A model generated the notes under the pieces. That model made no database searches, was not told the DNA's origin, and saw only the letters and a program-made list of their open reading frames with translations. Source: Elsinoe ampelina (lineage: Eukaryota). Taken from it: 64,000 nt of DNA. A program made the translations under genes and the position numbers. The stretch lies in assembly GCA_010093995.1 (NCBI GenBank), contig ML992502.1, positions 2,172,541 through 2,236,540 of the forward strand, read 5' to 3'. The stretch's first letter is position 1, and each line of letters begins with the position of its first letter. Shown here piece after piece: positions 45,787 through 59,500 of this stretch.

Positions 45787-48700
45787 TATAAGGACTAACG
45801 TAGTAAGTACGCTATACTAGCTTACCCTAGAGATACTATTCTCCGTAGAAGAATAAAACACTCCTCGCCTATAGAATAGATAGAGTAGAGATTAGTCTTA
45901 CGATAATTAAGAGTATACTAGTATAACACCTATTCTACTCCTATATACTTATCTTCCTAGCTCTAATATTCTACCTTTGTTATAATTCTAATCTCTCTTA
46001 TATCCTATCGGATAGAGCTATATAGACAAGATAGCACTCTATACTTAGCGCTAGCGAAACGACTAACTACTACTAGAGTAGCACTAGTATAGATAACTCT
46101 CTAATAGCTTAGCTATTAGTAAGACATTTACCGAATTAGCTATAACTCTAGAGATAACTTCTATTAAAGATCGCTAGGCTAGGGAAGAGCTAGCGCTAAG
46201 ACTATACTACGCTAATATAGCTCCTATAGAAAGTATAGCCGACACGGGAAATAATGCTATATATAAAGTACTTCTTGCTTATATTACTTAGCTTAAGAAT
46301 ATACTTAGTAGTTGCTTTCTAGTTATAGCGCTAGTACTACGTAGTTGTTTTAATAATATATAACTTAACGATATTTGTCTAATAAACCTACAAATTATAA
46401 GAGAGTATATACTAAACTTATACTACCTCGAGGCCTTAGAGTCTACTATTATAGCAAGAGTTAAGGAATTTATATATATATATAATAACATCTTTAAGAT
46501 AGTACTAAATATCTACTTTAAAGAAGTTACTTAGTGCTATATAGCTACTAGCTACTTAAAAGGTTAGCTTAGCTATAATTAAAACTCGTATACTAAGAGC
46601 GCTAGCGTTATACCCTTATAAAGCCTAATATAGTTCTAGCTTTAGGACTAAGCCTAGAGTCCTAAAAACTATAGTAATAGCTACGTAGTAAAGTTCTTTA
46701 CATCGCGCTAGTGTAGAGAATAGTTAATTACTAATTTCTATACGTTCCTTAATAGTTATAAGTTCTATATTAAGATAGTGCCGCTCCTAGATAATGTCTA
46801 CTATATATAGCTTATTACCTATACTACGCCGGAGCTACGCTTAGAAGTACTCTATTAAGGGAACCTACCTCTAATTAAGGTAGAACTTCTAGTATATCTA
46901 TTCTATTTAGAGTAGAACCTACCGGGCTACTTTAACTCTATATAGGAGTAGTATAAGTATAATGCCGGAGAGAAGACTAATACTTTTACTAAAAGGCCTT
47001 ACTATAATAAAGACTATAAGGGCTAAAAGGACTAGTAGAGTAGCGCTAACGCTACCTCTATAGCTCCCCGACCTAGTGCTACTTACTCTTATAATATCTA
47101 TAAGAGCCTAGACTATTAGGTGCTAAACTATCTCTAGAAGGACTTTTCGAAACGGATAGTGTTCTTACGTTTACTAATCCTAAGTAACTCTAGCGCGATA
47201 TAGGATATATACTAAATTTGTACTAACGTTATAGTTAACCTACCTAAAGGCCCTATCGAAGGGGTAGCTCTAATAGATAGTAGCGCCGATAGTAACTTTA
47301 TTAGCTAGCATTTTGCTATATGCTATTATATCGCTATCGACCCTCTAGTAGTATACTAAGTACGTAGCTTAGACAAATACGAATTAACTACCTATAGATA
47401 TATCGAGTTAGTCTTTACTATTAAGGATAGTAAAGAAACAACGTAGGCGTTACGCTAGCGGTTTAAAAGTGTTAATATAACTAGTTATAATCTTATATTA
47501 GGCCTACTATAGCTATTGTCCTATAACTCTAAGATTTAGTAGAGCGCTAGTATATAGAGGCATTATACTAGCGCTATATAGGTGTTAATCCTAGATGTAC
47601 TCTTCTTCTCCTAGGAGCTAAATTAGTCTAACGCTTAGCTCTATCTAGTATATATATACTAGGACAAACCCGGCGCCCTAACTCTACTATACTAGCTTAA
47701 TAACTATATAGATGTTTTTAATAAGAGTATAGTAATAGTACTACTAGGTAATAATTTTACTTACTCTATTAATATTAAAGAGAGAGAATAGCTACCCTAG
47801 GGACCTATCTACTCCCTTAGTAAGAAGGAGCTTTAGGTACTTTAAAAGTATATAGATAATAGCTTAGTAATAGGTTAACTCTAGTATAGTACTAGCTCTA
47901 CGAGGTCTTCTATTCTATTTATTCTAAAGAAGGATAGTTCGCTATGCCTATATATTAACTATTATAGGCTAAATAATGTTACTATTAAGAACTATTACCT
48001 CTTACCTCTAATTGCTAAGATGCTTAATTATATTAAGAATATATACTTATTTAGTAAGCTAGACCTTATAGATGTCTACTATAGGGTATATATCTAGTAT
48101 AGCGATAAATAGAAGATAGTATTCTATTATTACTATAGCTACTTTAAATATACTATTATACCTTTTAGCCTTACTAATGCCCTAGCTACGTTCTAGACTT
48201 ATATATATTAGTACTTAAGTAGCTTAGTAGACTACTACTATATTATATACCTAGATAATATTCTAATCTACGCTAGTAACAAGTAAGAGTATTACTAGGC
48301 TATTAGAAGCGTACTAAACTACCTACGTAAGAATAGCCTCTATATAAAACTAAAGAAGTATATCTTCGAGGTAATATAGGTAGTATTCCTAAGCTACGTT
48401 ATTAGTAGTAATAGCGTTATAATAGAGTAGCTCTAGGTATAAGCCGTCGCTAACTAGCCTACCTCTACTAGCCTTAAGGAGTTATAAACCTTTCTTGGAT
48501 TTGCTAATTTCTACTATTAATTTATTAAGAGCTTCTCCTATGTAGTACTACTACTAACTATACTTACGCGAGAGTTAGTCTAAGAGAAGTAAGTAGGCCT
48601 ATTTCTATAGAGTAACGATATAGTATAAGCCTTCGATAGGCTTAAAGCTACCTTTATATAAGCGCCTATACTATGCTACTTTTTATTAAGTAAGCCTCTC

Positions 48701-51700
48701 TAGCTCGAGACTAACGCTTTAGATTTTATACTTTCTAGAGTAATCTCCTAGTAAAATAAAGATAATACTCCTACGTAACACTAGTACTCTATAGCGTTCT
48801 AGTCCTAGAAGCTATAAGGTATAGAACTAAACTATACTACCTATAACAAAGAGCTTCTCGCTATTATAGAAGTAATATAGTACTAGCGCTAGTACTTACT
48901 TAGTACTACTACTCTAATTAAAGTCCTCTTTAACTATAATAACCTTAAGTATTTCCTAACTACTAAGAAGCTTTTATAATACTAGGCCTACTACGCTAAG
49001 GTACTAGCATAGTTTAATATTATTATCTAGTACTATAGTAGAAAGACTAACCTAGCTAATAGCCTATTATGTAGGCCTAACTACTATAAGCATAAAGAAG
49101 ATATATAGGAAGAGTACTATATATTAGTTTCTCTCTTAAAGTAAGTATTATAAACGTAAAGTAAAGAAGTTATACCTATATCTATTATAGACAAGGAACC
49201 TAAGGCTAGTAAGGCCCGAGAAGATAGTAATAAAGCTAGTATAGCTTATATGCCTTAAACTACTCTCTAACGTAATACGCTTATATAATTCTAGCGTACC
49301 TCTAGAATAGCGCCTATAAGTCTACCTATTACCTTAGAAGCGCTATAGCTATACTAAGAAGAGTTAGAGCCTCTAGAGTAAGAAGAGTAGTACTTAGAAA
49401 GCACTTACGTAAATCTCTCTCTAAGCCTAACTAATAATGTTAAATTAGAACAATATATATCTACTTTAGTATCCTAGGACATGCTACTACTTACCTAGGA
49501 AATAATAGAGAGCTAAGGGCATAAAGATAATATAACGCCTATATAACTCCGGGATACCTTTAGTAGAAAGCCCGCTATAATTTTAGACTAGAGTTAGTAG
49601 ATTATATACCTCTATACTATATAAGTACTAGCGGATAAGACTATATATATCTCTTCTACTCCTATATTACTCCGGGACCTTATCTACGTAATATAGTAAA
49701 GAGATACTTTTACTTATAGTAAGAAATAGAAACTTCTAAAAGAGAAAACTTTAACTAGTAATAGTACTACCTCTAAGTAGAGCCTATCTAGTAATAGCTT
49801 ACTCTAGAATAGAGATAGAGTATATATCCTAGAAGAAACTACCTTAAGAGTAGAGCTTATATAGTATAATTATAATAACTCCTTAGGGAGTTACTTTAGC
49901 TATATAAAGACTTACTTTAATATAAGGAGGAAGTACTAGTAGCTAGGTATATCTATCGCTACGAAAGTGTATATTAAGCGCTATAATAGCTACTAAAGGC
50001 ATAAGGCAATATAGTATAAGCCTTATAGCCTCCTATAACTCTTACTAATTCTACTTATACTTAAGGCCTTATAATACTAGTCGCTCGATTTTATTACTAG
50101 CTTACCCTTAGTAGAGCTTTAGCCTAGTATTATTATAGATACAATTATTATATATGTCTATTACTTATCTAAGTTTAGTATCTATACGCCGACGTTAACT
50201 AAGCTTCATACTAGGGACTTTACTAATCTATTTAAAATAGATATTATAACGTTATTTAGAACGCTAAAGATACTAGTCTTAGATAGAGAGTCTATCTTTA
50301 TAAGCAAATTCTAAAGTGCGCTATACTAGCGCTAGAAGGCGTAATATAAGCTTAGTACTATTTTCTATCTATAGATAGATAGCTAAACTAAAAGGCAAAA
50401 CTAGACGCTAGAGTAGTACCTACGCTACTTTATCGACTATTACTAGATAGACTAGCTATACTAGGTTAAGTAGGCGCAATTCGTATATAATAATACATAT
50501 TAAGTATTACTATATACTACGCTAGTGTAGTTCTTATTTACGTAGGAGATATACCTACCTAATAATATTAAGGCGCTAGTGCTACCTAGCTATACGCTAG
50601 TATATAACCTATTAGTTAATAACTAAGTATAATCTATTACCGAAACGCGCGTAGAGCTTGCCCGACACCTACGTAAAGTATAGAAAGACTAAGCGCTAGC
50701 CTATAATAGAGGTTAATAAGTAAAAGTCTTTTATAATAGCGACAAGGTTATACTTAGCACTAAGAACCTTTGTAGCGCTAGACCTAGCTATAAGCTATTA
50801 GCTAAGTATATTAGCCCGTTTATAATTGTATAACGAATTAGTATATAGGTGTATAAGCTACGCTTACTAGATAAAATAAAGCTAATCTATAACGTCTTTA
50901 ACGTTACGCTACTAGAGCTATATAGGCGTAGTAAGGGTATACACCTACTACCCCTAGAGGTAGAAGAGTAGGAAAAATATATTATTAAATATATTTTTAG
51001 TAAGAGCTATACTAGTACCTCGAAGGCGCTATACTACCTAGTAAAGTAGTAGAGTTACTCTATAGAAGAAAGTATATAGAAGCTAGTAAAAAACCTTATA
51101 AATGCTAAGGAATTGCTATACAAATATAAGGTAGCTTAGTATAAGTATAGCGCTAGCTAAACACTCTAGACACACTTAGGATTAATAAGTTAAAGGCACA
51201 AATTTTAAAGTAAAGAGTACCTAGGCGTAGCGCTAGATTAGCTCGGAGTATTATTAGCTTATATAGGGAGAACGCTAGCGTAGCAAAAACTATAGAATTA
51301 TACTAAAGCGAAAAGGGTATAGCATAGGTATAGCACTCTAGCTCTCTCTACCTTAACTATCTATATTATCTACTTTAGTCTTATTCTTATTATTCTCCTT
51401 AACACTATTAATATGCCTAGTTAGTGCCCTTATAGCATTATTAATCGCCTACGTAGTAGTAACTTACTTATTCTTAGTAACTACCTATAAGAAAGTTAGT
51501 ATAGCTTAGGCGTTATAGAGGCGCACTTCTAGACTTATATAATTAACTAAAGTCTTAAGCATAAAGCTAGTATTACTAATTATACCTAGGCGTAGCGCCT
51601 TTACTAGCTGCTTAGTATTAACTTTAGGGGCGGAGAGCGTAGTAATAGCGCTATTATAGCGTAAAGAAGTTATACTATTACTATTACTCTTATTAACTAC

Positions 51701-53080
51701 CTTACTCTTACCTTTAGCGTTAGACTTGCTCTATATATGCTTAGCGCTAGTCTTCTCGTATATATAGTTAGTATAGGTAGTAATCTAGCGCTTTAGAAGA
51801 ATAATGTCCTTCTTAGAAGTAATAGCGTCGTTATAGAGTAGTATATATATAGTAAAGTATTTGTCCTAGAGCTTCTTAGTAGTAACTTAATCCTTAGAGT
51901 TAAGCTTAGTAGGCTACTAAAGTTAGTATAAAGTAGACATAGCGTAGGCGTAGAGTATACCTAGTAGTAGTGTTTATTACTATAACTATAACAATTATAG
52001 TAGGTAGCCTTAGCCTTAGTAATCTAGTAGAGAGGATCTTTAATAGGGAGTATACTATCTTTAAGCTAGAGGTACTTATTAATAGCAATAGCGTAGCGTA
52101 AGCATAGTATAGAGTACTAGTCCTAGTTAGTAAAATTGCTCTTATAAGGTCTATAAAGAGTTAGCGCCGGCGTAGCGTAAGTACTATATATAATACTTAC
52201 TCCTTAGGAACTTTAGAGGCTATAGTTGTTAAAGTATATAAGCGTATAGAAGGTAAGCTAGCGTAGAGCTAGAATAATAAAGAGAAAAAAAAATTTACTA
52301 TATAGGTACTACGCTAGGTTAGTAAATAAACAACTAAATAGATAAGCCCGATAGCTAGATCTATAGTAGCGTAGGCTTAGTATATACACTAAGTCTCCCC
52401 TACTAGCCCTTAGGCTAGTAAGACCTAGTCTATACTATATAGCACCTAAAATAGGTTACTAGTATAGTGTTAGACCTACGTAAGTATAGAGCTAGCGTTA
52501 AGTAGAATACTTATATAAAGGAAGTATTATAAAGGAGAAAAGAAGAAGAGAAGGAAAAGAGAAAGATATATATCTAGCTCTAAGCTAAGACTAATCCGGA
52601 GAATAATAGGTAGTAGTATATAATAATAAATAGATTCTTATATATAAAAATAACAACGTAAGAGCGCTATATTCTATATATAAAGAATTATACTATTATT
52701 ACTATATCTAGTATACAAAGAATGTTATAGGCTACTATAGGTGTACTATATATACGAAAAGTACGCTACGCCTAAGAGGCGCTAGTAAGATGCTCTTTCC
52801 TAGTTTTCTCCTATACTAGGTTTTCTAGGTTTTATTAAGGCTTATAGACGTAAGAGCGTGCCTCTTAAAGGGGAAGAATAATTATAAGAACTAACGTAGT
52901 AAGTACGCTACGCTAGCTTACTCTAGAGATACTATTCTCTATAGAAGAATAAAACACTCCTTACCTATAGAATAGATAGAGTAGAGATTAGTCTTATAAT
53001 AATCGAGAGTATACTAGTATAACGCCTATTCTACTTCTATACACTTGTCTTCCTAGCTCTAATATTCTACCTTCGTTATA
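45787..53080 (+). mobile_element. Gypsy family A copy A3, full length (LTRs 45787-45984 and 52883-53080; TSD TGTAG/TATAG)
   Basis: Degenerate ALxDSGA (~47265), YLDDILIY (~48247), LETDAS (~48704), integrase, chromodomain ~50970-51120; PPT at ~52867-52878; 5-bp TSD with one RIP-type change. Confidence 0.93.
51353..52223 (-). pseudogene. Second copy of the gypsy A antisense intron-containing gene
   Basis: Same 871-bp span and splice signals as 34803-35673; retains TGC at the first Cys of the CxxC. Confidence 0.7.
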
Positions 53081-56000
53081 TATAGCGCCTTTAGAGTACT
53101 AGTATAGCCCTTACCGAGGATATGTTTAATAATATATTCTTGTTGCCCTTCTACCTCTAGAGGTAGTAGGTATATACCCTTACTACGCCTATATAGCTCT
53201 AGTAGTGTAATATTAAAGACGTTATAGATTAGCTTTATTTTATCTAGTAAGTATAGCTTATATACCTACGTACTAATTTGTTATATAATTATAAACGGGC
53301 TAATATACTTAGCTAATAGCTTATAGCTAGGTCTAGTGCTACGAAGGTTCTTAGTGCTAAGTATAACCTTGTCGCTATTATAGAAGACTTTTACTTATTA
53401 ATCTTTATTATAGACTAGCGCTTAGTCTTTCTATGCTTTATATAGGTGTTAGGCAAGCTCTATATACGTTTCGGTAATAGATTATACTTGGTTATTAACT
53501 AATAGGTTATACGCTAGCGTATAGCTAGGTAGCGCTAGTGCCTTAATATTATTAGGTAGGTGTATCTTCTATATAAATAAGAACTACGCTAGCGTAGTAT
53601 ATAGTAACGCTTAATACGTATTATTATATACAAATTACACCTACTTAACCTAGTATAGCTAGTCCGTCTAGTAATAGTTAATAAAGTAGCATAGATACTA
53701 CTCTAGCGTCTAGTTTTACCTTTTAGTTTAGCTATCTATCTATAGATAGAAACTAGTACTAAGCTTATATTATGCCTTCTAGCGCTAGTATAGCGCACTC
53801 TAGAATTTGCTTATAAAGATAGACTCTCTATCTAAGACTAGTATCTTTAGCGTTCTAAACAACGTTATAATATCTATTTTAAATAGATTAGTAAAGTCCC
53901 TAGCGTTAAGCTTAGTTAATATTAGTATATAGATACTAAACTTAGAAAAGCAATAGACATATATAATAATTATATCTATAATAACGCTAGGCCGGAGCTC
54001 TATCGAGGGTAAGCTAGTAATAAAATTAAGCGACTAGTATTATAAGGCCTCGAGTATAGGTAGGATTAGTAAGAGTTATAGAAGGCTATAAGGCTTATAC
54101 TACGTTGCCTTATACCTTTAGTAGCTGTTATAGCGCTTAATATATACTTTCGTAGCGACAGATATACCTAGCTACTAGTACTTCTTTCTTATATTAAGGT
54201 AGGTCTTTATATAGCTAAAGTAACTCCCTAAGGAGTTATTATAATTATGCTATATAAGCTCTACTCTTAAGGTAATTTCTTCTAGAATATATACCCTATC
54301 TCCGTTCCGGAGTAAGCTATTACTAGATAGGCTCTACTTAGGGATAGTACTATTACTAGTTAAGGTTCTCTCTTTTAGAAGTTTCTATTTCTTACTATAA
54401 GTAAAAGTATCTCTTTACTATACTATATAGATAAGGTCCCGGAGTAATATAGGAGTAGAAGAGATATATATAGTCTTATCTACTAGTACTTATATAGTAT
54501 AGAGGTATATAATCTACTAACTCTAGTCTAAAATTATAGCGGGCTTCTTACTAGAGGTGTTCTAGAGTTACGTAGGTGTTATACTATCTTTATGCTCTTA
54601 GCTCTCTATTATTTCCTAGGTAAGTAGTAGCACGTCCTAGGATACTAAAGTAGATATATATCGTTCTAATTTAACGTTACTAGTTAGGCTTAGAGAGAGA
54701 TTTACGTAAGTACTCTCTAAGCGCTACTCTTCTTACTCTAGAGACTCTAACTCTTCTTAGTATAGCTATAGCACTCCTAAGGTAATAGGTAGACTTATAA
54801 GTGCTATTCTAGAGACATACTAGAATTATATAAGCGCGTTATATTAGAGAGTAGTTTAAGGCATATAAGCTATACTAGCTTTATTACTGTCTTCCTAGGC
54901 CCTACTAGCCTTAGGTTTCTTATCTATAATAGATATAGGTATAACTCCTTTACTTCGTATTTATAATACTTACTCTAAGAGAGAGACTAACGTATAGCGC
55001 TTTTCTTATATATCTTCTTTATACTTATAGTAGTTAGGCCTACGTAATAGACTATTAGCTAGGTTAGTCTTCCTACTATAGTACTAGATAACAATGTTAA
55101 ACTACGCTAGTACCTCGGCGTAGTAGGCCTAGCGTTATAAAAGCTTCTTAGTAGTTAGGAAATACCTAAGGTTATTATAGTTAGAGAGGACTTTAATTAG
55201 AGTAGTAGCGCTAAGTAGGTACTAGCGCTAGTACTACGCTGCTTCTATAATAGTAAGAAGCTCTTTGTTATAGGTAGTGTAGTTTAGTTCTACACCTTAT
55301 AGCTTCTAGAACTAGAACGCTATAGAGTACTAGTATTACGTAGGAGTATTACTTTTGTTTTACTAGGAGATTACTCCGGAGAGTATAAAATCTAAAGTAT
55401 TAGTCTTAAGCTAAAGAGGCTTACCTAATAAAAAGTAGTATAGTATAGGCACTTACGTAAAGGTAGCTTTAAGTCTATTAAAGGCCTATACTATATTATT
55501 ACTCTATAGAAATAGGCCTACTTACTTCTCTTAGACTAACTCTTATATAAGTATAGTTAGTAGTAGCGCTACGTAGGAGAAGTCCTTAATAAATTAATAG
55601 TAGAAATTAGTAAATCTAAGAAAGATTTATAACTCCTTAAGGCTAGTAGAAGTAAGCTAGTTAGTAACAGCTTATACCTAGAGCTACTCTATTATAACGC
55701 TATTACTACTAACGATATAGCTTAGAAATACTACCTATATTGCCTCGAAGATATACTTCTTTAGTTTTATATAGAGGCTATTCTTATATAGGTAGTCTAG
55801 TATACTTCTAATAGCCTAGTAATACTCTTACTTATCGCTAGCGTAGATTAGAATGTTATTTAGGTATATAATATAGTAGTAGTCTACTAAGCTACTTAAG
55901 CACTAATATATATAAGTCTAGAACGTAGCTAGGGTATTAGTAAGGCTAAAAGGTATAATAGTATATTTAAAGTAGCTATAGTAATAGCGGAATACTGTCT

Positions 56001-56582
56001 TCTATTTATCGCTATGCTAGATATATATCCTATAGTAGGTATCTATAAGGTCTAGCTTACTAAATAAGTATATACCCTTAATATAATTAAGTATCTTAGC
56101 AATTAGGGGTAAGGGGTAATAGTTCTTAATAGTAACATTATTTAGCCTATAATAGTTAATATATAGACGTAGCGAACTATCCTTCTTAGGAACGAATAGG
56201 ATAGAAGACTCTATAGAGCTAGTACTATACTAGAGTTAACTTATTACTAAGCTATTATCTATATACTCTTAAAGTACCTAAAGCTCCTTCTTACCGAGGG
56301 AGTAGATAGGTCTCTAGAGTAGCTATTTTCTCTCTTTAATATTAATAGAGTAAGTAAAATTGTTACCTAGTAGTACTATTACTATACTCTTATTAAAAAC
56401 ATCTATGTAGTTATTAAGCTAGTATAGTAGAGTTAGAGCGCTAGGTTTATCCTAGTATACATATACTAGATAGAGCTAAGTATTAGGCTAATTTAGCTCC
56501 TAGAAGAAGAAGAGTACATCTAGGATTAACACCTATATAGCGCTAGTATAATGCCTTTATATACTAGCGCTCTACTAAATCT

Positions 56583-59500
56583 TAATTACGACTAGTAAGA
56601 TAAGAGAGTTAATTACGTCTATTCGTTAAGATATCGAGACTTAGAAGAAGAAGAAGAAAAGCTAGTATATAAAGCACATATAATATTAAGGGCGAAGTAG
56701 CTAGAAGCCTAAGCTATAATACCGAGATTATATAACTAATCTAAACTATATCCTAACTAAATCTAGTTCGTATCTATCTTATATTACTACCTTCTCTCTT
56801 AAGCACGTTTACCCTTAAACACTATTATATATTATTTATTAATCTATTTCGGCCTTAGCTTATCCGTGTAAGAGTCTAGATAGTTACGTAGCACGTTAGC
56901 TACTCCTTTAAGATTATTAATTAGCTACTAGATAAGATTCTCTAGATAGCTCTTCTAGCTTATATAAGTAACTAGTTTACTATGTAGTATATATATATTA
57001 ACTACGTCGTCTACCTTATATTTCTCTTTACTATTAACTTCTATTAGAGGTAGTTCCTTAAAGGCTTAGCCTAGTAGAGGGTTGTTTAGATACTTAGTAA
57101 GTAGATTAGTATAAAACATAGAGTGGATTTGTTATAGCGCAGCTAGTAGATCTAGCTTATATACTAATAGTAACTACTTCTTAAGGATCTTATATAGACT
57201 AACGTGTTTTAGTAGTAGCTTTAGATTGCTATATAGCTAGAGGTTCTTTGTTAATAACTATACTAAATCGCCTACCTCGAACTCTATTAGCTAGCGGTGC
57301 TTATTAGCTTATTCTACTATACGTAATTAGGCAATAGTAAGGTTAGCTTTAGCAATAGCTAGCGCTTCTTCTAGTTGTTTAGCAAGTGCGTAGATGTCGA
57401 CCTTATTTAGCTTAGCTCTTGTTAATAGTGCGTCGAAAGAGAGTTAAAAGCTTAGCCTTAGCTTATATTCTCTAGTAACCTCGAATAGTAATAGCTTAGT
57501 ACTCTCTAATAGGTTAATATTAGCGGAGAACTCTACTACTAGTAGAATAAGAGTCTAATTACTAAAGTGTGTAGCGTATAAATAGATAACTCGCTTAAAC
57601 TTGCAATTTATAACCTCTAATTAGCTGTCTATCTATAGATGCCCTATAGTAGATAGTTTAATAGTAATCTTTAGGATCTAGTAGAGTCTCTTCTATACGT
57701 CGCTAACGAACTAAGGGCCGCAATCCGAGGTGATACTATCTAGTAGGCTATATAGTTTCTACATATAGAAGAATAATAGCTTAGCTATCTTAAATATAGA
57801 GGTTTCTTCTTCTCCCTAGAAGTAAGAGATTAAGTGTCGTTCCTTAGATAAGCAATCGATAACATATAGTACTACGTTATAGCTATCTACTAGAGGTAGG
57901 CTAGTAACGAAGTCTATAGTAATATATTACTAGGGCCTAACTAGAATAGGCAATAGCGATAGAGAGCCGGCTAGTAAGCTATAGTAAGCCTTTAAGCGCT
58001 TATAGTTATAATAGTTAGTAACGAACCTCTTAACGTTAGAATCGCACTTAGGGATATAGAAAGTAGACTTAATTATAGTAGCTATCTTAGTGGCCCCTTC
58101 GTGTGTGTAATTCTTTAATATATAAACTCCTTAGATAACTTTTGTAGCTATAGAGAAAGGCATAATTAATCGGCTAGCGGCGTATAGTATTTCCTTCTCG
58201 ATTATAACATTAGTCGACAGTAACTATTTCCTCTTTAGGAAGGCTTCTATTATATAGTAGACGCCGCGAACTGTCTCGAAGTTAAAGTCTTATAAGTTAG
58301 CTTTAGCTACTTCGTTAAAAAGGAGTAAAGGCTCTTCTACGGCAGAGATAGGTACTATATAGGTACCTAGCTCGCGAGCCGAAATAGGCGGCGAAATAGG
58401 TAGCGAAATAGGTGCTAAACTAGATCTTAGTTTAGCTTAGATTAGTAATCTAGCTTAGATACGACCTAGATTTAGTTTGTTAATAATGCGCTAATCTAGC
58501 ACTTTATATAGTAATAGTGTCTAGCGTAGATTAGAGTCTTCCTTCGAACGTAGTACATCTCTATTCCTCCTTATAAGTGCGTCGGCCTTACTATTAGTAG
58601 CGCTAGGCCTATATATAATCTTAAAGTTAAACTACGTAAGGTAGAGAGCCTAGCGTACTTAGTAGCGTAATAGCTTCTAAGTCTTTATAAAATACATTAA
58701 GGATTAGTAGTTAGTAAGGATATAAATAGCCTTATCGGATTAAGTACTTATAAGCTTAGGGGCCTATTCCTTAAAGGCTTAGACAATTACTAATAGCTCC
58801 TTATTATAGATTATATAGTTACGTTCGGCTTTGCTTATAGATTTACTAAAGAAGGCAACGGGCTAGAGAATGTTAGAATTGTTATATTACGATAGAATCC
58901 TAGTAGTAGTAGTATTAGAGGCGTTAGTCTCGATAACTACTTACTTCGAGCAATCGAAGTGCGCTAAGATAGAGACACTTATAATAGTATACTTTATATA
59001 GTTAAACGTAGTAGTGCACTTATTATTCTATAGCGTAGCGTCCCTCTTAAGTAGGTTATTTAATAGCTTAGCGATAGTGCTAAATCCCTTAATAAAGCAG
59101 TAATAGTAGCTATAGAAACTAATAAAGCTTCTTACCTAAGTAGTATTACTAGAGGCTAGTTATTTCTAGGCTTATATAGCTTTAACCTTCTTTAGATCTA
59201 TCTTAACTCTATCTCGACTAATAATAATACTAAGATACTTTACTTCTATTAGGTAGAACTTACTCTTCTTAATATTAGCGTTTAGGCCTAAATCGTAGAG
59301 ATGTTAGAGTACTAGCTTAATATACTTAGCGTGCTCTTAGCAAGTGTCGTTAGTATAGATAAGAATGTTATTAAGATAGATTAATACGAAGTGCTTAAGT
59401 ATGTTAACGAAGTTGTAATTTATAAATCTCTACTATACTACGGAGGCGTTAGTAAGGCTAAATAGTATTACTAACTACTTAAAGTTACCTATGTATATAG

